A stretch of 64,000 bases of DNA, taken from contig JAXGQB010000006.1 in assembly GCA_040766655.1 (NCBI GenBank), forward strand, positions 149,562 to 213,561, given 5' to 3'. The stretch comes from Anaerolineae bacterium. GTDB taxonomy: Bacteria > Chloroflexota > Anaerolineae > CG2-30-64-16. Positions 63,387 through 64,000 of this stretch are shown one piece after another (within the stretch, counting starts at the first letter, position 1; every line of letters begins with the position of its first letter). The notes beneath the pieces were generated by a model. It saw only the letters and a list, made by a program, of their open reading frames with translations. It did no database searches and was not told where the DNA came from. A program made the position numbers and the translations under genes.

Positions 63387-64000
63387 TTGAGCATTACCCC
63401 CGATCCAATCACATGCAGGAAACTCGTCCTGGTAAAGCTGCTATATCAGAACGCGCTGCTTCAGGCGACCTCGCAAAACATGGCGCAGAAGATGTTCGCG
63501 GTCATCGGGTTTGACCTAACAAGTGAGACGGCTGTGAAGGCACTGATTGGCGCGCTGGAAACGCAAAAGCCTCCGGAATATAAATTCGGGGACCTTATGA
63601 AGCAGGCCGATTCACTGCTTCGCGAAAAGGGAATGCCACCTGTCCCTGATCAGGCTTGCGTACTGCATGTGCATTCGCTACGAAATGACGCTCAGCACAA
63701 GGGCAAGTACCCCAGTGGCACCGATGTTAGCGACTGCCGGACCTACACCAGAGACTTTCTTGCGAAGCTATATCAGAATGTATGGAGCATCGACTTCGAA
63801 AAGGTCAGCCTGAGCGACCTTATTGAGAATGTGGGCGCGCGTAGATTTGTTCATGCTGCTGAATCTGCGCTAACCGATCATGACTTCGAAAAGGCGCTCA
63901 TATTCGCTGTATCCGGTCTCTACTACGCGTTGGATAGAGTATCCGATGCGGTCTACACCCGCAGTGATACTGTCGAGCTTCGCAGTTTCGACGCGGCCGC
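63387..64000 (+). CDS. Second HEPN-motif protein, 3' end off-window (not in the ORF track)
   Basis: TTG at 63387 lies 8 nt after GAGGAGG and is preceded by an in-frame TGA at 63372. The frame stays open to nt 64000 by hand translation. VHSLRNDAQHKG gives R-x4-H. Confidence 0.55.
   Translation, partial: MSITPDPITCRKLVLVKLLYQNALLQATSQNMAQKMFAVIGFDLTSETAVKALIGALETQKPPEYKFGDLMKQADSLLREKGMPPVPDQACVLHVHSLRNDAQHKGKYPSGTDVSDCRTYTRDFLAKLYQNVWSIDFEKVSLSDLIENVGARRFVHAAESALTDHDFEKALIFAVSGLYYALDRVSDAVYTRSDTVELRSFDAA

Larger units (their letters stand above)
52737..64000. mobile_element. Lower-G+C accessory island (integrated plasmid/ICE- or phage-like remnant) extending past the window end
   Basis: G+C and codon style drop by eye immediately right of the tRNA. 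It holds a replication-type module (RHH, DnaB-N/RepA-like ATPase, iterons), HTH proteins and several nuclease-fold genes. No integrase or att repeat could be identified inside the window. Confidence 0.5.

Overview
This is a 64-kb, visibly high-G+C bacterial chromosomal window. Genes have strong GGAGG-type Shine-Dalgarno sites, and secreted or lipoproteins carry Pro/Thr-rich linkers. The style fits a Chloroflexota- or Actinobacteria-like organism, but taxon cannot be fixed from sequence alone. All family calls rest on motifs read by eye in the supplied translations; no alignments or database searches were run.

Positions 1-40.5 kb and 45.6-52.7 kb are mostly ordinary core genes:
- a giant amylopullulanase with two GH13 modules
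- a DUF2207 gene followed by a YdjI-type SPFH cluster
- a 1163-aa TPR protein
- an ATP-grasp / C39-like peptidase pair
- an Fe-ADH / SCP2 / tungsten-type AOR operon
- a PIG-L deacetylase and an S9-like hydrolase
- a DUF47 protein and a HAD hydrolase
- gpmA, fdhD, pruA, an MFS transporter and an MbfA-like iron transporter
- a TetR + DinB-like pair and hflKC
- tRNA-Arg(CCU) and tRNA(CAU)

Two regions stand out.
1. 40864-45301 is a compact nurA-herA-methyltransferase operon. It pairs a nuclease and a translocase ATPase with a domain-permuted SPPY N4/N6 methyltransferase and has no classical restriction enzyme. I propose it as a candidate undescribed restriction-modification-like defence module.
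2. About 52.7 kb to the window end is a lower-G+C island abutting tRNA(CAU). It carries a plasmid-like replication module: an RHH regulator behind an operator array, a DnaB-N/RepA-type ATPase, and CTTGTAG iterons plus a hairpin. It also carries nuclease-rich cargo, including a translationally coupled HEPN + PD-(D/E)xK pair followed by a second HEPN gene that runs off the window and is absent from the ORF track.

Most long antisense ORFs in the track are GC-driven shadow ORFs and were rejected.
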